A stretch of DNA of 64,000 nucleotides from the NCBI GenBank assembly GCA_965649765.1, contig OZ287749.1, forward strand, positions 21,824,001 through 21,888,000. Reading direction: 5' to 3'. This document shows positions 1 through 11,310 of this stretch, one piece after another (the first letter of the stretch is position 1; each line of letters opens with the position of its first letter). This stretch comes from Bispira polyomma. Taxonomy: Eukaryota. The notes under the pieces are model-generated. The model was not told the origin of the DNA. It did not search any database and saw nothing but the letters and a program-made list of their open reading frames with translations. The position numbers and the translations under genes are program-made.

Positions 1-414
1 ATTGCTATTTGAGATGGTGTTTGTGCGTGGAACATATTTAAAGTCATTAGTAATATTGGCTCAAGTCTTTATAAACGTATACATAACAAGGGCATTGAAT
101 TTCGATGAAATATCCATCAAATACATTTCACAATGGTACTTTGGTAACTTATATTTTGACCAACTATAGTAATTACTATTTTGTGGTTTGCATATAGGAT
201 GGAAATATTAAAAAAAACTGCAAAGTAAAAGTAATTGATATATTAATTTCATGCTTTCCTAGACATATTTATAGAAGGGTATTTAGGACACATGGCAAAA
301 AAATTTATATAAATAGAACTCAAATTATCCAGGGAAAATTCTATTTCACCAGGGTGAAATACAATATTTTATTTATGGCTACCTGTCGAACAGTGTAGTC
401 TGTTTAAATACATA

Positions 415-649
415 CTTGTGTTCAAAGCTCCGTTTCCTCATCCTGACCAAATAGAAAAATCAGCAGGTGCTGGTTTACTGTCACGGTTACTGTTGAATGG
501 AACAAACTCCCACATATCACAGGATTAAATCACTGGTTTCAGAAGCCATCTCAAAACTTACCTTTTCAGAATGGCCACTCCGCTCTGCTTGCACCTGAAA
601 AATGTTTTTAATGAGTGAGTCGCCCCATACTTACCGAGATGTTTAGCAT
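415..649 (+). mobile_element. Degenerate L2/CR1-like LINE 3' fragment (left flank of the YR element)
   Basis: Reads as ...WNKLP...FRSHLKTYLFRMA (tggaacaaactccca / ctcaaaacttaccttttcag), the typical L2 ORF2 C-terminus, similar to other copies in the window. Confidence 0.5.
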
Positions 650-835
650 CAGTCTCTCAAAATAAGTTAAGTTAATTGATATCAGTCCAATATAAGTTTG
701 GTTGGCCATGAAGTTAATGGATGCTGGTAAAAATAGTGATGCTGTTTGGAGATATTTTATTTACAATTCCTTTTGGGAATAATTTGGCAACTGTACATAA
801 AATTTTTAAATTTAATTTTTTTTTAAAATATGCCA
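650..835 (-). repeat. Split direct repeat B2 (3' terminus of YR element)
   Basis: Near-identical to 1557-1740 (cagtctctcaaaataagttaag...aaatatgcca). Confidence 0.95.
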
Positions 836-1110
836 CTGTGGCGTATAAAATGTTACTCGTAATATTTAATAGAGCCATACATAACAAGCTCTCAATTAAC
901 GTATACATTTAATGTTACCCATTTGTATTTACGTATATAAGCATTATAGTTTTATAGAAACATAACAGTTTCTTAAAATTTGTATATACAATATAGTTAT
1001 CTAGTCTTTAAGACTTTTCATTTTCATTCTCTATTGTTATAAAACCAGTACAGGTTTTTTCTCTGCTTTATGAGTTATCATGTTCAAGGCATTATATTCT
1101 ATTCAGTTTT

Positions 1111-1320
1111 TATGGGATAAAATTTTTTAAAGAAAAGAATTCGAACTTTTGCCAGAAGGAACCCGAACGCACGGCACCAATTTGCCCACAGAAGTCCCAC
1201 CTCTCAGCGCCCCTAATCCATCCTGGCACCCCAGTGGTTTGCTCAGGAGAGAGATTAAGAAGGTGGGACCTCCACGTGGTCTGTAGGTTCCGCTAGCAAA
1301 ATTCCGAATTTTTCCCATTA
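1111..1320 (-). other. Predicted long stem-loop (structured RNA) in the A2-B2 spacer
   Basis: Nested helices on minus strand: UUUGCUAG/CUGGCAAA, GGAACC/GGUUCC, GGAGGUCCCACCU/AGGUGGGACUUCU, UAAUCU/GGAUUA, UCCUG/CAGGA; GC-rich island in AT-rich flanks. Confidence 0.6.
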
Positions 1321-1365
1321 AGTAAGAAAGTTTTTGTATTCAATCAAAAAGGGAGGAGGGTGTGG

Positions 1366-1556
1366 ATTAAAAAATCTGGCCTTGTTCACTCTTCGCCATA
1401 CAATTTAATAATGACCATGAGGCCCCCACAAACGTGGTGCCCTACTTTTGACCCCAGTAACCAGACAATGCTTGTCGTTGCTGGGGTTCAAATACCATAT
1501 TCTCTTGAATTTTGGGGACTGAGGTGTCATGCCACTATTGTCGGCAGTGACTATCA
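1366..1556 (-). repeat. Split direct repeat A2
   Basis: 191 bp, about 3 mismatches by eye to 6959-7149; directly abuts B1. Confidence 0.95.
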
Positions 1557-1740
1557 CAGTCTCTCAAAATAAGTTAAGTTAATTGATATCATTCCAATAT
1601 AAGTTTGGTTGGCCATGAAGTTAATGGATACTGGTAAAAATAGTGATGCTGTTTGGAGATATTTTATTTACAATTCCTTTTGGGAATAATTTGGCAACTG
1701 TACATAAAATTTTTAATTAAATTTTTTTTAAAATATGCCA
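1557..1740 (-). repeat. Split direct repeat B1
   Basis: Copy of 650-835, begins just after the YR stop codon (1750). Confidence 0.95.
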
Positions 1741-1749
1741 AAACCCAAA

Positions 1750-2693
1750 TTAAAGAGAAAAAGGGATTATAGCAGCAAAAGTATCTGGAATAATGGAAGC
1801 TGCTTTGGAAGTGGATTCTAGATATGTCCAAACAGCATCCGATTTCCAGCAATCATGTTTTTGTATATTTTGTAATTTGACATTGCTATTGAAGGCCAGG
1901 GATGCCCCTGACCTTCTAAAACAGTGAAAAGAATGTCCCACTGGTGATATGTTGTTCTGCTGTAAAATGTTTTTCAGAGTTGACCTTAATTTTGTTTCAG
2001 TTAGACATTTGCCTCCTGTCTGTGGATCTGCCAACAGTGGGGCATGTGCTGGCAATGGATACTTTTGAAATAATGTCCTTGCTGCTATAACTGGGCACAA
2101 CCAGGGATTTTTGAGTTTATGTAGCTGTATAATATCAGATTGTGTCCTTGTTTGATTGTTTTTGACCATTTTAGTACTAGATGTAACCCTGGAGGTGCAA
2201 AAGTGATATCTGATCTTGTGATATGTCTAGTCATATCATCAAAAGTTTTTGCTGATTGTGGTGTAAGATTTGATATTCGAAGAAAACCAAAGTAAGCAAA
2301 CAAGAAAGCGGTACGGTACAATTCTGGAAAATATAATAGCTGACATTGCTTTGAGATTGTGTGTAACTGCTGAAGGTCAAAAATACCTTTTGGTTTTGGT
2401 ATGTAATGAGAATTTATCATTACCGATTTTTGGTAGGATGCTATTCTTGCATCATATAACTGTGAATCATCACTTCCAATTTGTTTTGCAAAATTTCTAA
2501 TTGCTGCTAAGTAATTGTTCACTACTTTATATGATAAATTATTCTGTTGAAGAAATTCCATAAATGCCAGAATTGTACCAAAACTAAAAGTTGGTTGAAT
2601 GTCATAGTATATGACAAAAGCCAAGAATAGTTTTACTTGACCTTCATACATTCTAATAGTCCTTGGTCTGTGACTTGTTTTAATTTTCTTCAT
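1750..2693 (-). pseudogene. Tyrosine recombinase (frameshifted near 2170)
   Basis: ORFs 2085-2693 (AYFGFLRISNL, catalytic R) and 1750-2169 (LCPV; HCFRRSGAS = HxxR; CWKSDAVWTY, catalytic Y) join across a frameshift at LKWSKTIK/NNQTR. Confidence 0.92.
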
Positions 2694-2779
2694 GGCTGCT
2701 GTCAGTAGTGGTCGTATGTTGTCTTTTGTGTCTGAAAAATATTAAATGTCATTGTCAAGTATAAATAGTTCAATTGGAA

Positions 2780-4333
2780 CTCTGTACATGTTAAATTTGG
2801 TACTTATTAAAGTCTTTATTTCCTGTGTGTGAATGCCTAGATCATGCCATCGTGACAGCGTATCTGCAATAATATTCTTTTTTCCTGCCAAATTTTTATG
2901 TCAATGTCATTATGTGCACAAATTAGCCATAAATTTCTAAGGCATGTACTTAGAAAAGAGTCTCTGGTTTTTGACGACCGTACTGCATACACCACAGCAG
3001 CATTATCCGAATGAATTTTTATAGTTTTATTTTAGTTTTATGTCGTTGCCCATAATTTAAATGCAATCAGTAAACTTAGCATTTCGAATTGAACAATGCT
3101 GTGTTGCTGTGTGAGCCACATTGGGAGTACTGCTGAAAAAACGTCCATTCCGGATATACCCCCTATTCCTTGTAGGCATGCATCTACTTGTAGAAACCTT
3201 GTTTCTGACTTCTCGCTATCAATGTATTTAGTTTTTCCATTAAAATATCTTATAAATTTCACAAACCAGTTCAAATCTTTGTGAAATTCTTCATTTAAAG
3301 TAATAATATTTGTACTCGTCGAGTCTCTTAATAGTTGTAGCATACGATTCATAAATATCCGTGCCGGTTTTACACATCTATGAATGTATAATAATTTCCC
3401 TAATAAAGACTGGTATTTATTCTTTTTTACTTTCTTGAGTTCTTGAAATGATATACACACGTCATAAATACTTTGTAACTTTTCATCGTCTATGCTTAAC
3501 GTTTCATTATCGATATCAATCGTTATACCCATGCAGGTCACTTTCCTACTGGGTGGTACTAGTTTTTTCTTGTTTATGGGCAGACCTAGTTCTTGTAGCA
3601 GATCTTGTAGAAATTTATAAACTATGGTCGCTTTTTGCTCAGTTTCTACGATAATAAAATCGTCGATATAGTTAAACACTGTAAAATAGTGTTGTTTCAT
3701 TATATGTGTAATTGATTTCGATACTCTTACAAAGACTGCAGTGCCATGGGTTAGGCCAAAAGTCCAAGCTTGATCGACATAATAATTATCTTTCCATTTA
3801 TATCCCAATTTTGAGCTATCTAGCGGGTCTACTCGTAGATTCCTGAACACATGCGCGATATCGACCTTTGCTAATAGTGCACTGTCACCTATTGTCTGTA
3901 TCTGATCTACTATCTGGTCAATTGTGGGCAGTTTAAGTTGAAAGTCAATGTCATCATATCTATCTTTACTAGTGCAATCATTCACAGAAAAACCCAAAGG
4001 ATGTGCTAGATTTAAAATGAATCTTCTTTGATTATCATCTTTTGGTCTCATTAATAAAGGTGAACAATGGAATTCATCGTGTAGTTTACCTGTAATTGGT
4101 CCTATTATTGTATTCTTTTCTTTTTCTATAGTAAAATATTTATCAATATATTGCGGGTATTCATTTGCCGAAAAATGATTATCAATATGTTTTGTATCTA
4201 ATCGTTGGCGATCATACAATGAGATATGAAATCTGAATTCCAAATATTGTAATAACAGTTGATCATGATATTGTCTCAAGTGATTTCTCCAATTCTTGAT
4301 GTTCAGTCCGCTTTTTATTGGTATACGTGCCAT
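2780..4333 (-). pseudogene. DIRS/Ngaro-type reverse transcriptase-RNase H (disrupted near 3038)
   Basis: ORF 3038-4333 has AKVDIAHVFRNL, TFGL, YIDDF, MGITID and RNase H VDACLQGIGG; past the stop the sequence continues as IHSDNAAVV...KNIIADTLSR. Confidence 0.92.
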
Positions 4334-4439
4334 TTTATAATTTTCCCTATTATTTTTCTTATAATATCACAGATTTGCACTAGTTTTTCATAGTTTAAAC
4401 TTAAAATCCAAGTTGCTGTCAGTAATAAAACCATAAGTC

Positions 4440-5624
4440 CTATTTTCTTTTGTCTTTTGTCTTTCTCTTAAGTTTGTTGTCAAGTCTTTTTTTATCTGTA
4501 TTCTCCAAGTTTTTACTATTATATTCTAATAATGTTGTTGTCACTTCAGAAGCTTTGTCACTCAGTGATTCTGGTATGTTTGTTTTAATTTCTGTATGTC
4601 TGTCCTTTTGTCTCTCAATCATTACTTTTTCTGTTTTGTCTATTGTAATTTTTTGATTTCTGTCATTTTTTATCGACTGTTTTTCTATATGTTGACTTCC
4701 CTGGTCATTGTTATTCAATGTTATCTCATTAGTCTGACTACTAATAAGCTTATCTATAATTGTCTGGTAATAGTATGTATTACCAATATTAGTTCTGGTA
4801 TGTGTCTTATTTTTTGTTTGTCGTTTGTGTTTGGATTTATTTTTGTTCTTTCTAGTCCCAGTCTGTCTTTTGACCTTGACCTCTGTTGACATATAATATG
4901 GCCATATATCATGCACATTATAACAGGCCTCCTGTAATATTAGGCTGCCCTGATCTGACATTTGTATATATACACCTGAATACTGGAAGTCTATTTTGTC
5001 GACTCCATAATAAGCAATTTTACCATTAATCAGTACATTACCAATATATAAATCTAGAATTTTGTCTGTTCCTGCTTGTTTAGCATTTGACACTGTTGAC
5101 TATATATATCAAAAGCTTTAAACTGTTCACTGTCTTTGCTGTTATCTCTGAAGTGAGTGTCCATATGTTTAGACTGCACCATTTCTATATCACCTTTTTT
5201 ATATTCAATATCATTTTCAGTTTTTATGTGTACGTCATGATCAATCACTTTCATAATGCATTCATTTTCCCACTTTTTTTTCATTTATCACAATGTCTCC
5301 ATTTTGATTTTCTTTATTTTTTAAATTTAACTTTAGTGCATTATGATCATTCATTTTCATAATGTACTCATTTTTTTGAAAATTATTAATTTTTTGATTC
5401 CTCCAATATATATTACTAGGTGCACTGTCGATATCTTCTCCAACTTGCTCACACAATTTCACATAACTTTTTAATTTTTGACTTCTGTTCTGTTGTGGTA
5501 TATGCAGGCCGTCTCCTGTCCTACTTGGTTGTTGATTGGTTGCCATTCGGTTTTCCGTGTAGCTTAAAGCATTTTGTCTCCGGATGTGTATTTTTCTTGC
5601 GATTACCTCGAAAACAAGTAGCAC
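4440..5624 (-). pseudogene. Frameshifted N-terminal extension of ORF2 or accessory ORF, unknown function
   Basis: Three overlapping same-strand ORFs (5262-5624, 5054-5284, 4440-5093) bridge gag and RT; the first overlaps the gag 3' end; K/N/Q-rich with one hydrophobic block. Confidence 0.55.
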
Positions 5625-6822
5625 AGATGTGCTTGAAGATGGTCATCTGATTCTCATGATCTCCCTCCCTATTACACTGATTCTTTTGGTAATGCTTACA
5701 CGGAATGAGCGATTTGGTAGTCGACATGATGTTTGTTGTATTCGAAGTAGAACCTGCTGACATCAGCGCATGTGAATATGATAGTCTATTAAGCGTCCAT
5801 TTTGTTTCGTCCATCCACGTTAATCTGCCTTCTTCTACGTCATGCATATTATTTGCATAGGCCCCTCTCACGACTTGCCACAAAATGTTGGCTGCATCAC
5901 TCAGCGTGTCCCCTAGTTGTCTTAACAAGGCTAACGCAATACTTGGTTGTTTTACTTCCAAAATGTTTTTAATTTGTCCTGATGAAAATTGGGCTATTGT
6001 TAATTCGTCATATGAAACTCTTTTCTTAGAAATTCCAGAAAGACAACCTTCGTTTGGCCACCTGAATATTGGGTCAGTTGTGCATGTATCAGCCACATGA
6101 AATCGTCCTGATTTGCGTTTTAATAACGACTTACCCTGTAAGATGTTCTGTGCAGCCAGTGTCTCGTATTGCTGAAGACAGGCACTAACTTCATTCTGTA
6201 ACATGGCAGAATTCCTCAACACATCGGCTGTAGGTGTAATGTCATGTCCAGTTGTTGCGTTTTGATGGTCATACGTGACCCGTGATTCCATTCTGTCGGC
6301 GTGCATCGTCATTAACCTTGGATTTTCTTCCGGAAAACCAGTATATGGTGTATCTGGCATCCTGCCCTGCTGAATGCTAGGACGTGGTGCTGGAGTAGGA
6401 CGAGCTGGGAGCAAAAACTGCTGTAACGGATCATTATGTGGCTGTAATATATTGACTGGAGCACTTACTGTAGTAGTCAGTCGAGTCGGTGTAACCGTCG
6501 TTTTTCCCTTGGACTTTAGTTGTTCCACGTCTGCCTGTAAAGCCTCTACTGATTTCATAATTGTGGTCATCATTTCTTGTTGACGCTGACACATATCACG
6601 GAACACTGAATTTACTGTACTCACTTCGGTTGTTAGAGACAATATTTCCGCACCTGTTTCTAATTCTTCCTCTGACACTTCACTTGTATAACATGCTTCT
6701 GTCAGTATAGCTCTTTTGCACCTTGTACCCACAGGTCGGTTATGCTGGCACTTACAGCGAAAACAGTCAAACACCATTCCTATTTGTGTTGATTTCTTTT
6801 TCTCTTTTCCCATAATTTTCAC
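5521..6822 (-). CDS. Gag-like ORF1 of the YR retrotransposon
   Basis: Intact 433-aa ORF (first ATG at 6813); N-terminal CFRCKCQH...C cluster, coiled-coil-like segment, C-terminal CKHY...C...H...HICATC...H....C zinc-finger cluster typical of DIRS/Ngaro gag. Confidence 0.85.
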   Translation of the reverse strand: MKIMGKEKKKSTQIGMVFDCFRCKCQHNRPVGTRCKRAILTEACYTSEVSEEELETGAEILSLTTEVSTVNSVFRDMCQRQQEMMTTIMKSVEALQADVEQLKSKGKTTVTPTRLTTTVSAPVNILQPHNDPLQQFLLPARPTPAPRPSIQQGRMPDTPYTGFPEENPRLMTMHADRMESRVTYDHQNATTGHDITPTADVLRNSAMLQNEVSACLQQYETLAAQNILQGKSLLKRKSGRFHVADTCTTDPIFRWPNEGCLSGISKKRVSYDELTIAQFSSGQIKNILEVKQPSIALALLRQLGDTLSDAANILWQVVRGAYANNMHDVEEGRLTWMDETKWTLNRLSYSHALMSAGSTSNTTNIMSTTKSLIPCKHYQKNQCNREGDHENQMTIFKHICATCFRGNRKKNTHPETKCFKLHGKPNGNQSTTK

Positions 6823-6958
6823 ACCATATGATAAAGAACACTATACTGTATATTTTAAAACATTAAAAAGCCTTTAAAACATATACAACACTAAAAACTT
6901 GATCACTAAAATTTCTAAAATCTTTCTGTTTCATAAAATTCAATATGGCGGCAGGCGA

Positions 6959-7149
6959 ATTAAAAAATCTTGCCTTATTCACTCTTCGCCATACAATTTA
7001 ATAATGACCATGAGGCCCCCACAAACGTGGTGCCCTACTTTTGACCCCAGTAACCAGACAATGCTTGTCGTTGCTGGGGTTCAAATACCATATTCTCTTG
7101 AATTTTGGGGACTGAGGTGTCATGCCACTATTGTCGGCAGTGACTGTCA
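6959..7149 (-). repeat. Split direct repeat A1 (5' terminus of YR element)
   Basis: Copy of 1366-1556. Confidence 0.95.
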
Positions 7150-8384
7150 AAATCTGTGACTTCGTCAGCTGATGTACTTTCTGTTAGCGAACGAATATGT
7201 GACCAATTTATCAGTCACTGATTGCTTGTTTCAAGGGTACCAAAATGTTTTTGTTAATTAATTTAAAATTAATCAGGGTAACTTGTGTAGGTGATATAAC
7301 TGACACACAAGTGATTTAATCACTACAAATTAATTGGACTAGTGTCAGTGACAGCAAATACTTTTTAAAAAGATCTAAAAAATACAAACAGTATGTGTTT
7401 TTTTTCTCTGTGCAATATTTCATTGGAAACTAGTGACTAACAAGGTTTTTTCATTATTTTGAGAAAGAAAAATCGCGACATATTCTGTGGATATATTGGC
7501 ATCAAAAAATCATATACTGGTAAGTCAAAAATTTTGCCTAAGCTTAAAACATACACAAATACACAATAAATGGCGGTTGTTTGAGTTTACCAAAGTAGTC
7601 GCATTTTCTGTAGTACATGTACTACTTTTTAGCAAGAGTAGATTTATACAAAGTGGCAGTTGAATTCATTCAAGATGGAGTAATTTTACAACAGGCACAA
7701 CACATGATTAAAAGAAGTCTATTTTCCTACAATTTATAATTGTCCAGCAGCTGGAGTGTATAAAATATACATAAAGCCTCCATAGAGCGAATGCTCACAG
7801 GACCAAGCTTTACAATGCAAGTGGTTCAAAAAGTGCTAATGTACAAGAGAAAAAAAGAGTGGTTATCAATAAAATATTCCGATAAATTCGCCATATTCTC
7901 GAAAAAAGTTAAGCTCAGACGTAACTCAAATGATCGCTATGTGGAAGTCCTTGGAACATAGAATAAACCTATAGTTGTGACCATTTATTTTAATAGGGCT
8001 TACAGCACCAAATTCAAATATGCAGTCAGATTTTACACAACTTCAGCCCAGCCAGAGATACACCTGGACTTTAAAAATTTGAGTCAGAGTTGAGCGTGAG
8101 ATCTTTTAAAAAATTACCATCTGTTAGAATCTGCTAAATGGGATCATATAGCAGCCAATGAAAACATGTTATGAGCTTTTCTATTTTTACCAGAAGATGG
8201 ATGGGATAATCTATAATATTATTAATGTTATTGGAGGCCTGCCTTCAACACCGTATAGCTACATTATTGGGGATTTAAATATGACAAAAAAATCCACCTC
8301 ATATTAGATATGGTATTATTTTTAGTCTGCTGAAGAGGTCATGTTTTTTTTTGTGGCTGTCCCCAGGATAACACAACAACTACT

Positions 8385-8505
8385 AAGGGGAACATGGTAT
8401 CCTAGTGGTTGGAAGTGTTAGCTTCAAAATCAACCGGCCTCTCGCCGATGTGGGTTTTACTCGCAATCTGACCTAAGCTGTTGATAGCAATGAAACCCAC
8501 TAAAA
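8385..8505 (+). mobile_element. Diverged tRNA-derived SINE fragment
   Basis: A-box-like tcctagtgg and head caaaatcaaccggcctctcgcc similar to the SINE head at 15295. Confidence 0.45.
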
Positions 8506-8561
8506 CCAATTTACCTGAAAGTTGGAGGAGTGATGATTCCAATAAATTTAGTGGTGGGTCA

Positions 8562-8710
8562 GGGGCCATATTCCAAAAACATTCTTACAATACAATTCTT
8601 GAAATTTTCTTAGTTTCAGCCGATCAGTTTCTTTGAAGCAATATATTCAGCCAATCAAATTGATTGAGACAAATATTTAAGAATAAGAATATTTGTGAAT
8701 ACCAGCCTAG
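8562..8710. mobile_element. Small MITE (PIF/Harbinger-like) inside a Helentron-like repeat
   Basis: Imperfect TIRs ggccatattccaaaaacattctta / taagaatatttgtgaataccagcc; followed at 8757-8805 by the ggaggtatgtgctc..gagtgc..ctagtt end motif. Confidence 0.45.
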
Positions 8711-8899
8711 GGTAGAAGATAGTGTTCCAGAATTTTATATTTTTACTTTTTGCACTGTGTTACCTTGGTGGAGGTATGTGCTCAACTGAGTGCTAGTCTA
8801 GTTGTTTATGTATTTCAAGATATTTAATAATTGCATGTTTTCTACTTTGAAATGTGCAAAATACAGTTTGATGTACCCAAGAACAATCTTCCCCCCTGA

Positions 8900-9030
8900 A
8901 GAGAGAGGCTTGAGGATGACCATTTATCAACATCCACAAAGTTCTTTAACTGGGAATAGGACCACCATTTTATGTGGTCATCCGAGCCACTATGTGTCTA
9001 CCTGTACCTGGTCGCCACAGTCTGGAATAA
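8900..9030 (-). mobile_element. SINE fragment (same family as 24150-24449)
   Basis: Shares ggcttgaggatga...tttatcaacatcc...ctttaac...tggt.atccgagccact with 24225-24330. Confidence 0.55.
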
Positions 9031-10136
9031 ATTAGGTCCTGTATGTTCCTTAGTGAGTGTTGTCTCTTAGTGGCAGATAACGTTTTATTCAGACTGGAAC
9101 AAAATAATGGTCAGTATAAACCATACAGCTTTAACAAAGTGAAAGTTTGTGTCATGAAAATACCTCTTTACATAATATAGTTTGTGGGAACATCAACACA
9201 ATGACATTAATTATTTGTTGGTTTGTCTCTTTTTTATGTCAAATTTATACCCAGTAAATCAACATGGAAAAGATTGTTTTATTTAAACTGTTTCTGAAAC
9301 AAGCCCACAAATATAAATCCACTAAAATGTGTGATTTGCTGCTCCCGGTAATAGCTTGCCGACTATAAATTAAGGCCAGTAAAAATAATTACATCAAATA
9401 AAGCTTCATGAATCCCACAGAGTTTAGTATTTCAGTACTAATGGGATCCATAATTGCACTACTATATCAACATCTCAGTTATTTTGCCAATGGGCTTCCT
9501 GTTATATGTTTGGACTCAAATGTTTAGTTAAATACTTGTGCCAAACGTTCATAAAAGTAAACTGCAATGTGGACCTTTAAATAAATAATTTTGATACAAA
9601 TCAATGCATTTTCTGACCTTTTCAAATTAAAAGGAAACTTTGTAAAATGATAGTTTTTACATCTGAATTTGAGTTTTTAAGTAAATCTAAAAGACCCCAA
9701 AAATTCCCCATGACTTATACCTCCATCTATATTTTAGTACAGCAATACCCCCAGATACTTAAAACTGTCTAGCTTGGGGATATCAAAAAAGGGAAATATC
9801 ACATCAAAAGCCTCTCTTTGAAGGATGGCAAATTTGATTAAACTTTATTATGGATAATTATCGTTAAATGTTAAAAATTGCCTTCGTCATATATCATTAA
9901 TGACATTTGCCATCAACATTATTATTTCTTTTTTTTTTGTTTTTCAGACATTTTAGATCCATCTCTATATTGGGACAAGTTGTAAAAAACGGATCAACCT
10001 TTTTCAATTTATTTTATGTTTTTTTTCTCACTATAATGTTTCAAATGTATTAGGGTTTAATTCATATACATATATTTTCATATTTGGCAGAACAACAAAT
10101 GTTATGTTGTAAGTGTATTCTCCCATGGCCTAGTGA

Positions 10137-10300
10137 CCAGGGTTGAGTCGATGTTATAGAAGTAATAGAAAAGTAATAGATTTGCCGAAATTTCAAAGTA
10201 ATAGTAATGGATTTTAAAATTTAAAATGTAATAGTATTAGATTGCAAAGTATTAGATTTTATCTATTACTTTTCTATTACTTTTTATTACTTTCATTGTT
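10137..10300. mobile_element. MITE-like end with agtaatag/ctattact internal repeats
   Basis: caggg start followed by repeated agtaatag units and their inverse ctattact. Confidence 0.4.
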
Positions 10301-10633
10301 TCATTATGGAGTATATTATATTAGGCACTAACAGATTTTCCAAAATTTTATCTGACAATTATTAATATGCTACACCCAATGCGCATTAAATACTGCATAT
10401 GTGACCATTTCACATTGAATTAAATTTAGTGATTTTCACCTTTAAACTTTTGAATGTAAGATTTAATTTTTCATCACTCTTTAATTAACAAATGGTCAAA
10501 TATTGAATATTAGTACCAATAAATTCAATAAATATATTCAAAAAGAGTTAAATTTTTCATCGGCTAAAATGTCCATGTTTACAGTATTTTGGGAAGAACC
10601 AAATGAGGACTCTTTGTTAACAGAATAAGCCAT

Positions 10634-10883
10634 GGGCCGTACTTATCAAAGGTCTTAATGACTTAAACTCACTGCTTAAACTCAAATGCCACATAACTAT
10701 GTAGATTCCCTTTTTCATGGAAATGACCCAGACATGTTACCATTCATTTTAATAGAGCTCTCGACGATGGAACTCAAATATGTTATTAGATTTTAGGTAT
10801 CTTTATTGTACACAAACACAGAGCAGGTCAGAGTTGTTTGAGATTATTGTGAGTGTTTAAGACCTTTGATAAAATATGGGCCC
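10634..10883. mobile_element. MITE (PIF/Harbinger-like)
   Basis: TIRs gggccgtacttatcaaaggtctta / taagacctttgataaaatatgggccc. Confidence 0.7.
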
Positions 10884-11060
10884 AGACCTGTACATATAAA
10901 ATACCATGACTCTGTAACGGGAGCCTGTGTCCCTGGTACATAGGATCTGATCACAAGTGTCCTTGATTGAATCAACAGGAAGTGCCACAGATGTGCCAAG
11001 TACTTGTCCAAGAGGGTGCTGGGCTAATGAGATTGAGTCACCCATTTACAGATCCACAGT

Positions 11061-11310
11061 GGCTTGTATTTTCTCGAAAGATCTCAAGCTCAACTCAGTC
11101 TTAAGCTTAAAAGGTATGGTCCTAATATTATCTCTGACCAGAGTGGAGTTACTTAAAATATATGACTGCATATTTTAATTTGGCATTAAAAACCCTGTTA
11201 AAATTAATGGTCACAAGTATAGGTTTATTTAATTTAAAACAATTTTACCATAGCCTATATTTTAGTTTGAGTCTAAGTTCGATCTTAAGTTTCTCCGAAG
11301 AATACGGGGC
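11061..11310. mobile_element. MITE (PIF/Harbinger-like)
   Basis: Long imperfect TIRs ggcttgtatttt..gatctcaagctcaactcag / ctaagttcgatcttaagtttctccgaagaatacggggc. Confidence 0.55.

Larger units (their letters stand above)
650..7149 (-). mobile_element. Tyrosine-recombinase retrotransposon, Ngaro/PAT-like (DIRS order) with split direct repeats
   Basis: Minus-strand order A1(7149-6959)-gag-RT/RNaseH-YR-B1(1740-1557)-A2(1556-1366)-spacer-B2(835-650); no methyltransferase domain seen; no inverted terminal repeats and no clear TSD. Confidence 0.92.

Noticed and set aside
1750-2693. Phage integrase or Crypton interpretation of the YR
   Set aside because: It is embedded with RT/RNase H and gag between split direct repeats, so it belongs to a retrotransposon
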